Shown here: positions 31,621 through 43,204 of the stretch, in pieces
Numbering within the stretch: position 1 is the stretch's first letter
How the letters are laid out: every line of letters starts with the position of its first letter
NCBI GenBank assembly: GCA_017499595.2
Contig: CM039004.1
Span: forward strand, 1-64,000
DNA length: 64,000 nt
Direction: 5' to 3'
Source of the DNA: Psilocybe cubensis
Lineage: Eukaryota
Notes under the pieces: generated by a model
Told to the model about the DNA's origin: nothing
Seen by the model: the letters and a program-made list of their open reading frames with translations, nothing else
Database searches by the model: none
Program-made: the position numbers and the translations under genes

Positions 31621-34600
31621 CTAATCTAGCGGGTAAAACTCAAGGCCAAGAGCGGATCTATGTTTCAAGAATAGATCAGGACCTAGATTCTTGGTAAACA
31701 TATCGGCAACGTTATCAGCAGTCGGAACTGCATATAATTTGAGTGTGCCTTGCTCTATTTGTTCCCGTATGTAATGATAGCGAATCTCCACGTGCTTAAT
31801 CCCTTTTTGTGTCACGGGATTCTGCGCGTTGAATATTGCACCATGTGAGTCCGCATAGACTGGGACGTGGGAAATTGGTTTGGCCAGTTCCGCAAATAGA
31901 TTTTTAATCCATGCGCAATCTTTGGCGCAGTCGGAGAGTGCCATGTATTCACTCATAGTAGACGACGTCGAGACTAACTTCTGTGTCTGTGATTTCCACA
32001 TGACCGCAGCATTTGCCAAGCTAAAGAAGTAGCCTTGTGCAGACCGACGCTTAAGGTCGAGCTCTGATTGGTCATCTCCATAGGAGGCGTCACAATAGGC
32101 ATATAGGCCTGCGCGAGACTTCCCATCATAAACTAAGGCATATTTGCGTGTGCCAACAAGGTACCGCATAATATATTTAGCCTTGTTCATGTGGTCTTCA
32201 GATGGATTGGAAGCAAACTTTGCCATCTGAGTCACTGTATAGGCAATGTCAGGTCTAGTTCCAAGCATTAGGTAAAGCAAGGAACCAATCACTGATTGGT
32301 ACTGCGAGCGAAGTTGTGCCGAACTAGTACCATCGAACGGCATTGGGCGATAGCCCATGGGTAAGGGAGTTCTAGCAGCTTTAGCATCGCTCATGCCAAA
32401 CCGGGTTAGAACCTTCTCCAAATAGTTGGCTTGACTTAAGAGGATTTTGCCATCTTTGTAATCAATAGCCATGCGGAGAAACTCCCGTGATTCTCCGAGA
32501 TCCCGGCAATCCCACTTCTTCATAAAGAGATCTTTCTTCTGTCGTGCGAGTTCGGAGTTAGGTCCAGTGATCTGGATGTCGTCGACATAGGCAAACATTA
32601 TTGCTAACGTGCCGTCGGTATGACGTGAGATGAAGATGCCGGCGTCCGAGTATAGTCTGGTGAATCCAAGCTCTTTTAGACTTCTGTCTAGCTCGAACCA
32701 CCATGCTCGTGCGGCTTGTTTGAGCCCATAAATTGCCTTTTTAAGCCGGAGTACTTTCTTCTCCTGTCCCTTTAGAACAAAGCCCTCAGGCTGTTCCATA
32801 TATATCTCCTCGTCTAACGGCCCATAAAGGAAGGCCGATATGACGTCAAGGGACCAGACTTTCCACCTTTCGAGTGCGGCAAGGGCAAATATTGTGCGAA
32901 CACTTGGTAGCATGACCACAGGTGAGAATAACTCATCGTAGTCTAGGCCTTCTATCTGTAAGAAGCCTTTGGCTACCAGACGAGCCTTTTTCCGACCATC
33001 AGTTTTGATGTCGTAGACCCATCTGCATTTGATGGCTTTTCGGCCATTAGGGAGATCGACAAGCTCATAGACCTCTCTTTTGACAAGGACCTCTAACTCG
33101 TCTTTCATGGCTTGTCTCCATTCCTTCTGTTGGTCAGCTGGTAATTTCAGCAAATCACGCAGGGTCCAGTCACGGACATCCTTTGTGAGACCATAATCAG
33201 TAGCGCAGATGATTTCGCAGACCCGTTTGGAAAGTAATGTTGCGAAAAGACTGTTTGCTACTCCCCCTTCCGTCCCTGAATTAGGGATACCAGATTCAAC
33301 ATTGCGATTGCTACTAGATCGAGTAAGTGGCACGTAATCAGGGACGGATGCCACTCCGTGTGAAACAGTCTGCAACTTCTTACGTCGATCTTTATCGGTC
33401 GTTGTTCCGGGTCGGTAAACATTGCCTTCCCGCTCTGGTACTTTCCGAGTTCTATCCGACCTTCTGGGCGGAGGCTTGACAGGTGTATCAGGCATTTTTG
33501 GTCTTTGACCTGACGTGGGAGGTGTTACGTATCCCTGATCGTCGTCATCCTGATCATTGTCATCGTCACGAGGAGGACGTGAACTAGGCCCTGGCATAGA
33601 ACTTGGAGGACTGGCGGACCGTGGGCTCGGTTGATCGCCTGTCTCTTTCGGCAGAGGTGGCATTGGAAAGTCGTCGTTATCGGAATCGGTCGACTCACTT
33701 CCATAGCCGATTTCAAAGGAGGGTCCCTTTGGTTTTGGAGGATTAAAGCGTGTGTTGGGTGGAATCTTCCTCTTAGATTCACACTTTGGGAATAAGGTTT
33801 CATCGAATAGGGCCTTGTTCGCACGAAAGACCACATTATTCGGAGATCTCATAAAGATCATCACCGAATTAGATTCGTAGCCGAGGAATGTCATCAACTC
33901 GGAACGCGGTGATAACTTATTTTTACGCTGCTCCTTGTGTAGGTACACATAAGCTGCGCATCCCAAAGTTTTAATTTTAGACACATCAGGTAACTCCCCC
34001 TTAAGGGCCTGATGGGGTGTCTTCCACTCGATGCGTTTTACCGGAGTCCTATTGTATAGGAAGACAGCGTGGGCACAGCAAAATTGCCACCAGCTATCCG
34101 GTAGACAGGCGTAATGCCTCATCGCTTCAGACTTTTCCATAATTGTCCTGTTTAGTCTTTCAGCTCGACCATTGCTCTGATGAGCATAGGGAGCTGTAAA
34201 GCAGGCACGTGTACCGGCATTTTGTAGCCGTTCCAAGAATTCGGTACTAACGAATTCTCCGCCATTATCAAAGAAGTATTCTTTGACGGAGGTACCGTAC
34301 TGTTTTTCCACCATTTTCTCGAAAGAATTCACAGCCGCAGCGGCATCACTCTTCTTTTTAAGAAAGTAGAGCCATACGTGTGGGGTGTGGTCGTCCAAAA
34401 AGGACATGAAGTATTTACACTTCTGGTAGGAATAAACAGAAAATGTCTTGAGATCACAATGAATACGATCAAAAGGCTTCTTCGCGCGTTTGGGGTTTTC
34501 GTCATATGACTTATCAGTCATTTTACCCTTTGCGCAGCCTTCACAGACATTTTTGTCCTTGGGTACACTTATTTTGGGAAAGTTCTTAGTGGAGTCCCTA

Positions 34601-36909
34601 AAATGTCTTAGAACATCATCAGAGGGATGACCAAGACGTCGATGCCAAAGGTCACTTGCCTCTTGAAGAGTCGAAGATAACGTGCTAATGTCTTCTCCAG
34701 AGACAATGCGCGTATGCACCCAATACATTGGATGTCTGTTCGATTCAATTGAATCTGCCCTGGCTTGCAGGCCATATGATTTTTTAGGCAAATCAAAGAA
34801 CCGAAGGACTTTAGCTGTTCCTTCTATGGTCATGCCGGACGACAAGAGTTGTCCCATCGACATTAATCGGACATGTAATTGTTCCATGTATAGAACAGGA
34901 TGGAGTCGGCGGACTTCATGTCCCGGATCCTCGGAGTGGGAAACCACTTCTACGAAGACTGTTCCAAAACCGGTGATAGGCACCGTGGTAGTGGCAGTTT
35001 GCGAAATAGGTCGATTATTCTCAGCAAAGTCTTGATAACTCGCAAAATCAGACTTATCGCCAGTAAAGTGCACACTAGCACCACTGTCCATTAACCAAGC
35101 CGTTATGACTTCTTTCCCCTTTTTGGGTTTTTCAGTTCCTTTTCCTTTGCAATCTGGACAACACGCAAAATGAGATAGATATTTTTGGTATACATCATGT
35201 ACAAATGAGTAGTAAATATCTACAGGGAACTCCTCCTCCTCCGGCCGGTCGACTGTTGAGTCGTTGTCGTCTCTAGATGGGGTAGTCCCTGTGGGAATCT
35301 CAGTGTTATTTATGGTCCAATTGCTAGAACTAGAACTTACTTGCCTATCAACGAAATGGTCATCGTAGTAACCATCATAGAGATCCTCATCGTTTTCTCC
35401 GTAATCCACACGTTCCTCAATAGGAACATCAGGAGACCGTTCTCTCTGATCATCAAAGTTTGGGATATCACCCCATTGCTTTGGTTCCGGTCCGAATAGC
35501 TCATTATTAAGCTTTTCGATCTCCGGAGATGTGATCTCACCATCAACGACCATGTGATCGTCAATAGTTTCAGAGTTGACGGGCGGAGTCTTCAACCTTT
35601 CTGCGAGGGAGACATCCGAAGGAATTTGTAAGCTGCTCGTGGCAACGCTTTCCATGATCTGGAGTGCCTGCGAAGTAGGCTTTACACCAATTCTGGAAGC
35701 TAGGCTGCGTGCGGCAGCAGGAGCCGGGTATGGCGCCATGCGTGTGTCCGGATTTCTCCAGGGCCCAGCCGGAGCAGAGGTACGGGAGGAGATACTTCCT
35801 CTACCGTTGATCTCGATGATCCTTGACGTGGTGGGAGCTGGAATTGCCGGTTCGAGAACCGTCAATGTTGATGCCATAAAGACATCATCCGCTAAGGCTG
35901 TATTGCCTTGTGCACGCTGCTTGCCTTTGCCTCGTGGGGCACGCTTACGAATCCTCTTCTCCTGATTATCACCCTGAGACTGTCCCTGATTAGGGGTCTT
36001 CGAAGGATGATAGTGAGGGTGTTCCCCTTTTGGTCGGATCGCAGTATTGCGTTCAGCCGACTGTTGCGGTGCCCGGGAAGGGCCGGTCTTTGGTGCAGGC
36101 TTAGGGTCATATGTCGTACCCTTTTTAGGCTTTTGCCTGTCATCCAGATTACCAAACCGCGCTCCCCAACGATTGCGGATATCAGCGGAGATAGCCTCCA
36201 GCTTCATGTCGTCAATCTTGGTCTTGTCTCCATAATCATTAATAAGATCTTGATATATGGAGGGCGGTTGATTGGGCGATACCGCAAGGGGTAAACGTGA
36301 GAATAAGATGAGACATGCCATGGTCTCGGATACTAGATCCGCATTTTCGACCTTTTTGACATGCTCGTAGATGGCTCTGAAACGGGCCAGCTGAGGGGTA
36401 GGATCCGAAAGATCAAATTTGAAGGTGGTCAGACGTTTGAAGTCCTCCATCACTTCAACAAATTGAACTTTATCGTATTTTGCTTTCAGATCATCCCATG
36501 CCCCCTTCGCAGTCTTTCCCTTGACTGTTTCCCAAATAGATGGGATCAAGGAATTCGCGATGACACCTAGTGCCTTGGAATTCTGCTCCTTAAAATCTTT
36601 CATCGCCTTTTCAAACGACGAAGATCTTTGCGACCAGCGTTGGAATTGGATTTTCCACAGCTCAATTTGAGCTGCATTAACAGTTGTTGCCGGAGCAACG
36701 GGGGATGGGAATGCAGGCTCTCCTTCAATTGGAGAAGGGGCCACAACATCTCCAGAAATAACCCCATCAACACCAGTCAGGAGGAATATGGGAAGCATTT
36801 TGTCAGCCCATTTTCGATAGTTAGAACCATCGAATTTGGGGAATTCGGAAACAGATACGGTTGCTTTGGAAGACATTCTTAGTGCGCTTAAAGCTTGAGC
36901 CTGTGACAA
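31621..36909 (-). CDS. Copia Gag-Pol polyprotein (Gag, protease, integrase, RT, RNase H)
   Basis: FDGSNYRKW (gag), WLMDSGAS (protease), LWHRRLGH..CEGC and DNGGEF..NGRAER (integrase), KARLVAKG and YVDD (RT), IKHVEIRYHYIRE and ADMFTK (RNase H); true start codon uncertain. Confidence 0.95.
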   Translation of the reverse strand: MSQAQALSALRMSSKATVSVSEFPKFDGSNYRKWADKMLPIFLLTGVDGVISGDVVAPSPIEGEPAFPSPVAPATTVNAAQIELWKIQFQRWSQRSSSFEKAMKDFKEQNSKALGVIANSLIPSIWETVKGKTAKGAWDDLKAKYDKVQFVEVMEDFKRLTTFKFDLSDPTPQLARFRAIYEHVKKVENADLVSETMACLILFSRLPLAVSPNQPPSIYQDLINDYGDKTKIDDMKLEAISADIRNRWGARFGNLDDRQKPKKGTTYDPKPAPKTGPSRAPQQSAERNTAIRPKGEHPHYHPSKTPNQGQSQGDNQEKRIRKRAPRGKGKQRAQGNTALADDVFMASTLTVLEPAIPAPTTSRIIEINGRGSISSRTSAPAGPWRNPDTRMAPYPAPAAARSLASRIGVKPTSQALQIMESVATSSLQIPSDVSLAERLKTPPVNSETIDDHMVVDGEITSPEIEKLNNELFGPEPKQWGDIPNFDDQRERSPDVPIEERVDYGENDEDLYDGYYDDHFVDRQVSSSSSNWTINNTEIPTGTTPSRDDNDSTVDRPEEEEFPVDIYYSFVHDVYQKYLSHFACCPDCKGKGTEKPKKGKEVITAWLMDSGASVHFTGDKSDFASYQDFAENNRPISQTATTTVPITGFGTVFVEVVSHSEDPGHEVRRLHPVLYMEQLHVRLMSMGQLLSSGMTIEGTAKVLRFFDLPKKSYGLQARADSIESNRHPMYWVHTRIVSGEDISTLSSTLQEASDLWHRRLGHPSDDVLRHFRDSTKNFPKISVPKDKNVCEGCAKGKMTDKSYDENPKRAKKPFDRIHCDLKTFSVYSYQKCKYFMSFLDDHTPHVWLYFLKKKSDAAAAVNSFEKMVEKQYGTSVKEYFFDNGGEFVSTEFLERLQNAGTRACFTAPYAHQSNGRAERLNRTIMEKSEAMRHYACLPDSWWQFCCAHAVFLYNRTPVKRIEWKTPHQALKGELPDVSKIKTLGCAAYVYLHKEQRKNKLSPRSELMTFLGYESNSVMIFMRSPNNVVFRANKALFDETLFPKCESKRKIPPNTRFNPPKPKGPSFEIGYGSESTDSDNDDFPMPPLPKETGDQPSPRSASPPSSMPGPSSRPPRDDDNDQDDDDQGYVTPPTSGQRPKMPDTPVKPPPRRSDRTRKVPEREGNVYRPGTTTDKDRRKKLQTVSHGVASVPDYVPLTRSSSNRNVESGIPNSGTEGGVANSLFATLLSKRVCEIICATDYGLTKDVRDWTLRDLLKLPADQQKEWRQAMKDELEVLVKREVYELVDLPNGRKAIKCRWVYDIKTDGRKKARLVAKGFLQIEGLDYDELFSPVVMLPSVRTIFALAALERWKVWSLDVISAFLYGPLDEEIYMEQPEGFVLKGQEKKVLRLKKAIYGLKQAARAWWFELDRSLKELGFTRLYSDAGIFISRHTDGTLAIMFAYVDDIQITGPNSELARQKKDLFMKKWDCRDLGESREFLRMAIDYKDGKILLSQANYLEKVLTRFGMSDAKAARTPLPMGYRPMPFDGTSSAQLRSQYQSVIGSLLYLMLGTRPDIAYTVTQMAKFASNPSEDHMNKAKYIMRYLVGTRKYALVYDGKSRAGLYAYCDASYGDDQSELDLKRRSAQGYFFSLANAAVMWKSQTQKLVSTSSTMSEYMALSDCAKDCAWIKNLFAELAKPISHVPVYADSHGAIFNAQNPVTQKGIKHVEIRYHYIREQIEQGTLKLYAVPTADNVADMFTKNLGPDLFLKHRSALGLEFYPLD

Positions 36910-37161
36910 GAATAAGTCAGCAAGGCTTTTCTCACATCCTGAACTTAAAATAGAAGGAAACAGTTGGGCTGGTCAGGCCCGATCAATCTCAAGATCAGAT
37001 CTAAGATCCAATCGAGATTAAGATCTTTGCACACTCATCTAGATCGCCAAAAATAGGCGTTATCTTTCAGAGCAGCATGGGGGCAAGTATTGTCCCTAGG
37101 CCAGTGCCGTCGACAGCAAGGCTAACAAGCCTGCGTCGTTATGGCTACGGGGCCCATAACC

Positions 37162-37480
37162 TGTTGAGCAGCATAATGTGCCCAAAACTACTCTACACAG
37201 TCTATGTACGCAGTGGCTAAGGACTTGACTTAATACTTACCCTTTGGGTCGTGTTACTTGAGTTGTAGCTACTCGAGTGGGTTGTGAAAACCGCTTGTTC
37301 TTAGAGGGCACTAGCGTCGCCCTTATATACACCTAGAGTGCGTTACATGTGACTAGTGACAGTAACTACTGTATAGTACTTAGTCATCTATCTACTTAGT
37401 AATCTATTCACATGACTTATCATATGACTCTGAGAGTCACACGGTCGAATGTGAACTTTATTAATAATAGTCGTTCAACA
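37162..37480 (-). repeat. Copia 5' LTR
   Basis: Direct repeat of 31243-31561, followed on the minus strand by the PBS. Confidence 0.96.
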
Positions 37481-39127
37481 GTTCTACGTCTGGTGCTTAC
37501 AGGAATACGTACTGCCTCTTGATTTCAGTCGATATCTAATACGCCTGTATTTTAATCAACGCACTCCGGAGACGGGTGAACATCAGCTTTCCTCGATGTA
37601 GCGCACGTAAGCCGTAAAACACAAAATCCATTTTCTGCCCCCTGTACTAAGGCGTGAGAATTGAATCACATGATGTGTGGGACTTCACCGAATGCCGCCC
37701 GAACGTGGCCCGAACAACCCGTTTTTCCTCCCCTTTAGCTCTATCATCCGAAATGACGGTGCAGTCAGACAGTGATAGAGCCTGCCTTAGGCTAAATGCC
37801 AGACATCATTGCACTACCAATTCCTGAGATTCGCGTTAGGAAGGTGTGTCAACCACTTTTTCTTTCTTTTAGTTGTAATCCTCCGCTGACCTATCCTTCA
37901 GAACCTCTTTCACCCCATTCTGCCAGATCCCTGTACCCTGGCCTTGACTCTCAAAACCTGCTTTGGAAACTGTATCTCATCAATCATGCTCCATTCCATT
38001 CTTTCATCCTAAGAATTACCATTTTACTACTCATAGTCTGCTTGCGTTTCTGTGTTGACAAGTAAAGTAACGAGCAAAATCAGTTCATCCGCTATACTAC
38101 TTGGAGCAATCTTGGAAAGACTATATGTGTCAGGGAAATATCCCTACAGTATGTGTCAGCTGAGCGTTTCGCGCTTCATATATCACGATACTTATATGAT
38201 CCAAAATAGATCCAGATCATTGACAGATAGACCGTTACTTGAATATGATCCTTCCACTCGGCAGCGTCGGTGGGCTGGAAAACAAAGTTGGTGAACTTCC
38301 ACTTTAAAATAGCTAAGAATAGTTGTCGCACTCACAGGTATTTTAAAGGACACTTGCTGTAAAGCCTGAATCAATAATGAGTTTCCTTTATTGCATTGAT
38401 AACAAATGGGTGTGTTACGTCAGGAACGAGACTTGCCCCGATGTTCCTACTACTTCATTAACATAAATCTTCATGGTGTTTGCGTTTCCAAATGACCTGC
38501 ACGCCTGTTGTCCCTTGATGATGCTTTCTTTGTTCAAGTCGGCCACTTCCGTACATCATCCTGATTCCAACCCGTTGATCACTTCTGGGCCTCTCACAAC
38601 TCCATGTACCCATATTTACCGCCCATTTGAATCACCTACGTGATTTTTGTCGTTGTTCTGATGGTACCAGGGCAGCTATTTATATATATATACCGGATGG
38701 AGCCGAATCACAATCATTGGTTCAACTCTAAGCCGCCATATAGACTTACAATTTTACGCACATTACATCAGGGATCCATGGCATAGCATTGCACGGCTGA
38801 CATTCCGTGGGGTATATGTCTCATTAATAACACTCACCACATTCGCGAGTAGTAACGCGTCGGCTCAACGCAGCAGCAGTATTTGTAGGTGTTCAGCGCC
38901 TTCCAATAAAGAAAGTTGTTTGTCGGGGTCCCCTCATCGCTCAACTAAAATGATCAAGCATGATCCGCATGGTCCCCACTTAGACTTAAAAAATGAGGTG
39001 TCATTCTAGGAACGTGAGTCTGTATATGAAAATCATGATCAAATAGGCCACACCCACATCAATTTACTCCCACTTATACCTATTTTAATCCAACCTGGCG
39101 AACATCGACTCAAAAATTAAGGTATAC

Positions 39128-40765
39128 ATGTATTCCTCCAGCGCTCCAAATGATTTCTTGATGGTCATTCTCTCCCTCCAGCCTGATGATCACAACAACT
39201 CCCTCTCCAAGGATAGTTCAAGTCTATTTCGCAATGCTCAAGTTCCAATTGAAACAAAAACTCCACACGATGCCTTGAAAAAGTGTGGGGACGTACTATG
39301 TAGTAGATTGGGCGAGAGGTACAAAAGGTAGATTTTTGCCTCTTCAAAATCCCCAACCCCAACACAAGTTTGATCCCTGCTACAGACCAATGGGTACCCC
39401 CAATGCATCGCAGCTTCACTACGTAGAGGTCATGTGCGAGTCTGTACTACAAGGTTATCACACCGTCAAAACCACCGTCGAAAGATTGCTGACGTTACAC
39501 AACACCAACAGGAATATACTGTGTTTTAGTGCTCGTTATACTGTGGCTCCTAATGTAAGAAATTGACGATTGCCTTGACTTGTCAGTCGACTCACTAATG
39601 CTCACGCAATATAAATATATAGGCGCCCTAAGCCCATGCCCATAAGTCACAGGGTCATGTTCATAGCGTCCATCGTGATGTGGGCTCTTACCTGTGTGCA
39701 TTTGGGACTCGTAATCCGACAGGCTACCGACGCCCATACACCCGTAGCAACTTCCAGAGCCCAAGCATGCATCGCTACCATTCAGGTACTTCTATCCAGC
39801 TTAAAATTCAAAACATAAAATGTAGACACCTGATTCTATGCATTTTTCGTCATACACAGATAATCATCGGAGACATGATCATCATATGGCGTGTATGGGC
39901 CGTGTGGGGTCAAAGCTATCTAGCAGCAGCACTACCATTCCTTTTAATGATTTGTTCAGCCAGTAAGTAGACGTCACATATAGTCCCATGAGTAACTGTA
40001 ACAAGCAGTACTCTCCATCCAGGCATCCGATTCGCGGAAGTGTCTGAATTGGTGACGTTTGCGCATAGACCAGGACTCACAGACGTCGCCACTGCACTTT
40101 TAGCCGCCAACATACTCTTATCGACTATCCTAATCTCAGGACGTATATGGTACGTGCATCTTACTATACCGACTCACCTGATTTTAAAACGTTTAATATC
40201 CCAGGTATATGCAATGGAAGACGAAAAAGCTTCTCGGATATGTGCACACGCAAAACGAGTATCATAGAGTTTTCCTAATCGTCATCGAATCAGGATCCAT
40301 ATACGCCCTTGCTCAGGTTAGGGGACGGCATACAAAAACACAAAAACACATTACTGACGCAAATTTCGTAGATCGTCGAGTTGATTTTGGATGACATTCA
40401 AAGTGACGGCGTGCACACCGTCTTAGACGTACAAATCCCCCTAATCGTAAGCAAACCCACCCACCACCACCCAAGACCCTCCTAACCAACAACCCATCCT
40501 GCTCAAAATCAAGGGTATCCTTCCCACATTGATCGTCCTGGTAGTCCATTTCGGTCTTGTACCAGAGCACAGCACAACAAATAACCAGCGCAGCGTTATG
40601 CCGGTAGACAGCAAGTTTCAAGCTGCCCCTCGAGTGGAGGAAACCAATTCAACGGTAGACGCGAGCCACGGGGTTTCCTCCGTGTCTCTCAGAATGCTGT
40701 CCATTCATAATCATTCACAAGACCATTCCCATTCTGATGCTCTCGAAAGAACGAGCGCTGTATAA
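39128..40765 (+). CDS. Multi-exon fungal multi-pass membrane protein of unknown function (start uncertain)
   Basis: Hydrophobic exons with GDMIIIWRVWAVWG, ILLSTILISGRIW, LIVIESGSIY and GILPTLIVLVVHFG, separated by ~55-nt GT-AG introns. Confidence 0.7.
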
Positions 40766-40936
40766 ACAAGAACGAACTCATTTCTGTATTAAAGTACAGT
40801 CCATTCCTGTCAAATGTTTTATTGAAGTTATGCACCGCTACTTATATCTATCAAACCATCTGCATTCCGTTGGAACTGTTTGATACCCGTGTGGTGGCTA
40901 CACATGAACTAGTATAGCACACGGGCATACTATCAT

Positions 40937-41579
40937 TAGGGGAGGTCAGAGCGTACGATTCAGAGGCGATTCCAACACAATTCAGGTCAGGATTCAAGAC
41001 TGATTCCGGGATCAAAATTTGCTTCCGAAGCGCGATTCACCCCGACCACCCCCCCTGGATAAAATTTGCTTCCCTCACGATTCACGTTTCCGATTTAACA
41101 GAATAGCAAAGGTTGTTTCTGTAATTTTCACCTTACATAGCATACACAGTGATGCATAATCATTTTCATTTAAATTAAGTATTGAATATGATATATTTGC
41201 TGCTAAAGCCTAAGACCAATATACCTCCTGTATTAACATTTTTTCGTAGTCTGAAAGCACAAAAAGAAGGGAGGATTCTGATTAATCCAATGTTTTCAAC
41301 ACATATACAGTATTAATAGCGGGAACATCCTCAAGACGCTTTCAAATTGCTTCAGAAACTACAAGTTCTAGGAGGAACAAATTATTTTAAGACTGAATTC
41401 ATAGAGGCATAATCGCAATTCTCAAGCGGCTTGAATCATTGGAGCGGCTCCGGGATTCTGAGGCGACTCAGCGATTCAGATTCTGAGGCGGTTCAGCGTC
41501 TTCCCACGCTTCTGATCTCCAGAATCGCCTCTGAATCGCCGCTGAATCGCCGCTCAATCATCCACTCTGACCTCCCCTA
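40937..41579. mobile_element. Non-autonomous TIR DNA transposon (MITE, possibly hAT-like)
   Basis: TAGGGGAGGTCAGAG at the left end and CTCTGACCTCCCCTA at the right end; subterminal GGCGATTC/GAATCGCC repeats; AT-rich non-coding interior; no clear 8-bp TSD. Confidence 0.8.
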
Positions 41580-42063
41580 TTAGCACCCAGAACCATCAGA
41601 TTTTAACCTTACGTGTAACACAACTGTAACATCGCGTGCAGAACACATTAATATGCGTGTAAAACATAGTTATAGCGCAAAAATGCGTGTCGCGCAAGGC
41701 ACACGCAAAAACGCACGCACGCGCAGACACCCTGATTTCTGTATGTCCTTGCAAGGTTGACAATGATAAATGGAATAGAAGAGGAGTGAATACTGGTATA
41801 AAACATGATGTCGGGAAAAGTTGAATGCTCCGGTATCCTCTCACACAAGTCCAGATGCCCGAGCTTGTCTTGGATGATATGATATCAACAGCGCGGCGAT
41901 GATGCTCGATTTTTATAGTTTGGAAACGCGATAAAATGACCAATATCATACTTATTTATCACTTTGTTAGTTTCGTGATAGCGAGGCCCCTGATGTCTGG
42001 TGGTACGGTATAAAGTACGCAGTGAATGCCTTTATGTTTTCCATCTACACATACACTCCCTCG

Positions 42064-43204
42064 ATGCAGAACACGGAGAATTTGAACGTCGATATTGGCA
42101 CTCAGTTAAATTCAACACTGGTACAGTGTTTTCTTTCAGGTACTTGTTATCATATACGCTATTGCCACCTCTGCCAACCACGACGTTTAGGTGTATACAT
42201 GGTCATATACGGCGGGACGTTATATTTCTACTGTATGCATAATGCATGCATGCATTACTCTTAAATACATTTATTAACGCGTGAAGTATGTCCCAGTATC
42301 AAAAAAGCAGCAAAGCAAGGCCCATCGTGCAGTGTTAGCCGCCATCACAGCTCTCTACGCATTCTCACTCATCAATCTCGTCGTGCAATGGACAGGAAGC
42401 AACTCAACCGTCGTGTATAGCAGTGGCACACGGGTGTCTCTATCTCAAGCCTCATTAAATATCCCGCAACGGATTCGACTGATGATTGGGACTACACTCG
42501 CCGTTTCGATTTTGATTTCGGATGTTCTGCTCGTTTGTACATTCTCTTGTGCACGGAAGGCATGGTCTCATATTAGATGTGTCGACAGATTTGGAGGTGC
42601 TACAGCATCTGGGGGAACTCCCTGAAAGTGGCCATGATCCCTTTAGTGCTTCTGGCTATTGAAATTGGTAAATATATCTATAGTTGCCTGGATTAAATAT
42701 GACATTAGAGCTGATAGAACCCCCCCAGTTATCGCAATCGCTAGCACAGTAATTGTCTGTTTACACCCAAAGATAACAGATGCACCCGCCGATTCCAAAA
42801 TCGACTACGTCGCAGCCACCGGGCTCCTGTTCTCACTCTGCACCAACCTCTACACAACGTCTCTAATCGGGTACAGAATCTACACCACCACTCAAGACAT
42901 ACTCATATCCCACAACCGCGGGCGGTACATGCGCATCTTCTTCGTGCTCGTCGAGACGTCCGCCATGTACATCTTCGTCCTCGTCGTCGTCGCCATCTGC
43001 CAGTTTGTCCCGCAGGTAAGCGAACAGACGTACCCGTTGGTCGGGTTGAACGCGTATGCTACTGTGGCTCAGAGTATCCTGGTTCGTTTTATTACCATTA
43101 TAACGTCATAGAAGGAAGACTAAATAAAGATGTCACTTCAGGGCCTGATTCCGACTGCTATGGTTCTACGTCTGGTGCTTACGGGAATACGTACTGCCTC
43201 TTGA
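42064..43204 (+). CDS. Multi-exon fungal multi-pass membrane protein of unknown function
   Basis: MQNTENLNVDIGTQLNSTLVQCFLSG / VYMVIYGGTLYFY / ...ISDVLL / IWRCYSIWG / LVETSAMY / GLIPTAMVLRLVLTGIRTAS*, with short introns. Confidence 0.75.

Larger units (their letters stand above)
31243..37480 (-). mobile_element. Intact Ty1/copia LTR retrotransposon
   Basis: Two 319-bp TG...CA LTRs with no differences seen, 5-bp TSD GTTCT (31238-31242 and 37481-37485), PBS GGTTATGGGCCC, PPT GAGGGGGAG, single gag-pol ORF. Confidence 0.97.
30361..37522 (+). pseudogene. Multi-pass membrane protein gene (paralog of 42064-43204) disrupted by a copia insertion and an internal deletion
   Basis: MQNKENFNVDTGTQLNST..., IWRCY..WG, LVETSAMY motifs; last exon split at the GTTCT target duplication; ~200 bp missing relative to the paralog near 30460. 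Confidence 0.8.
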
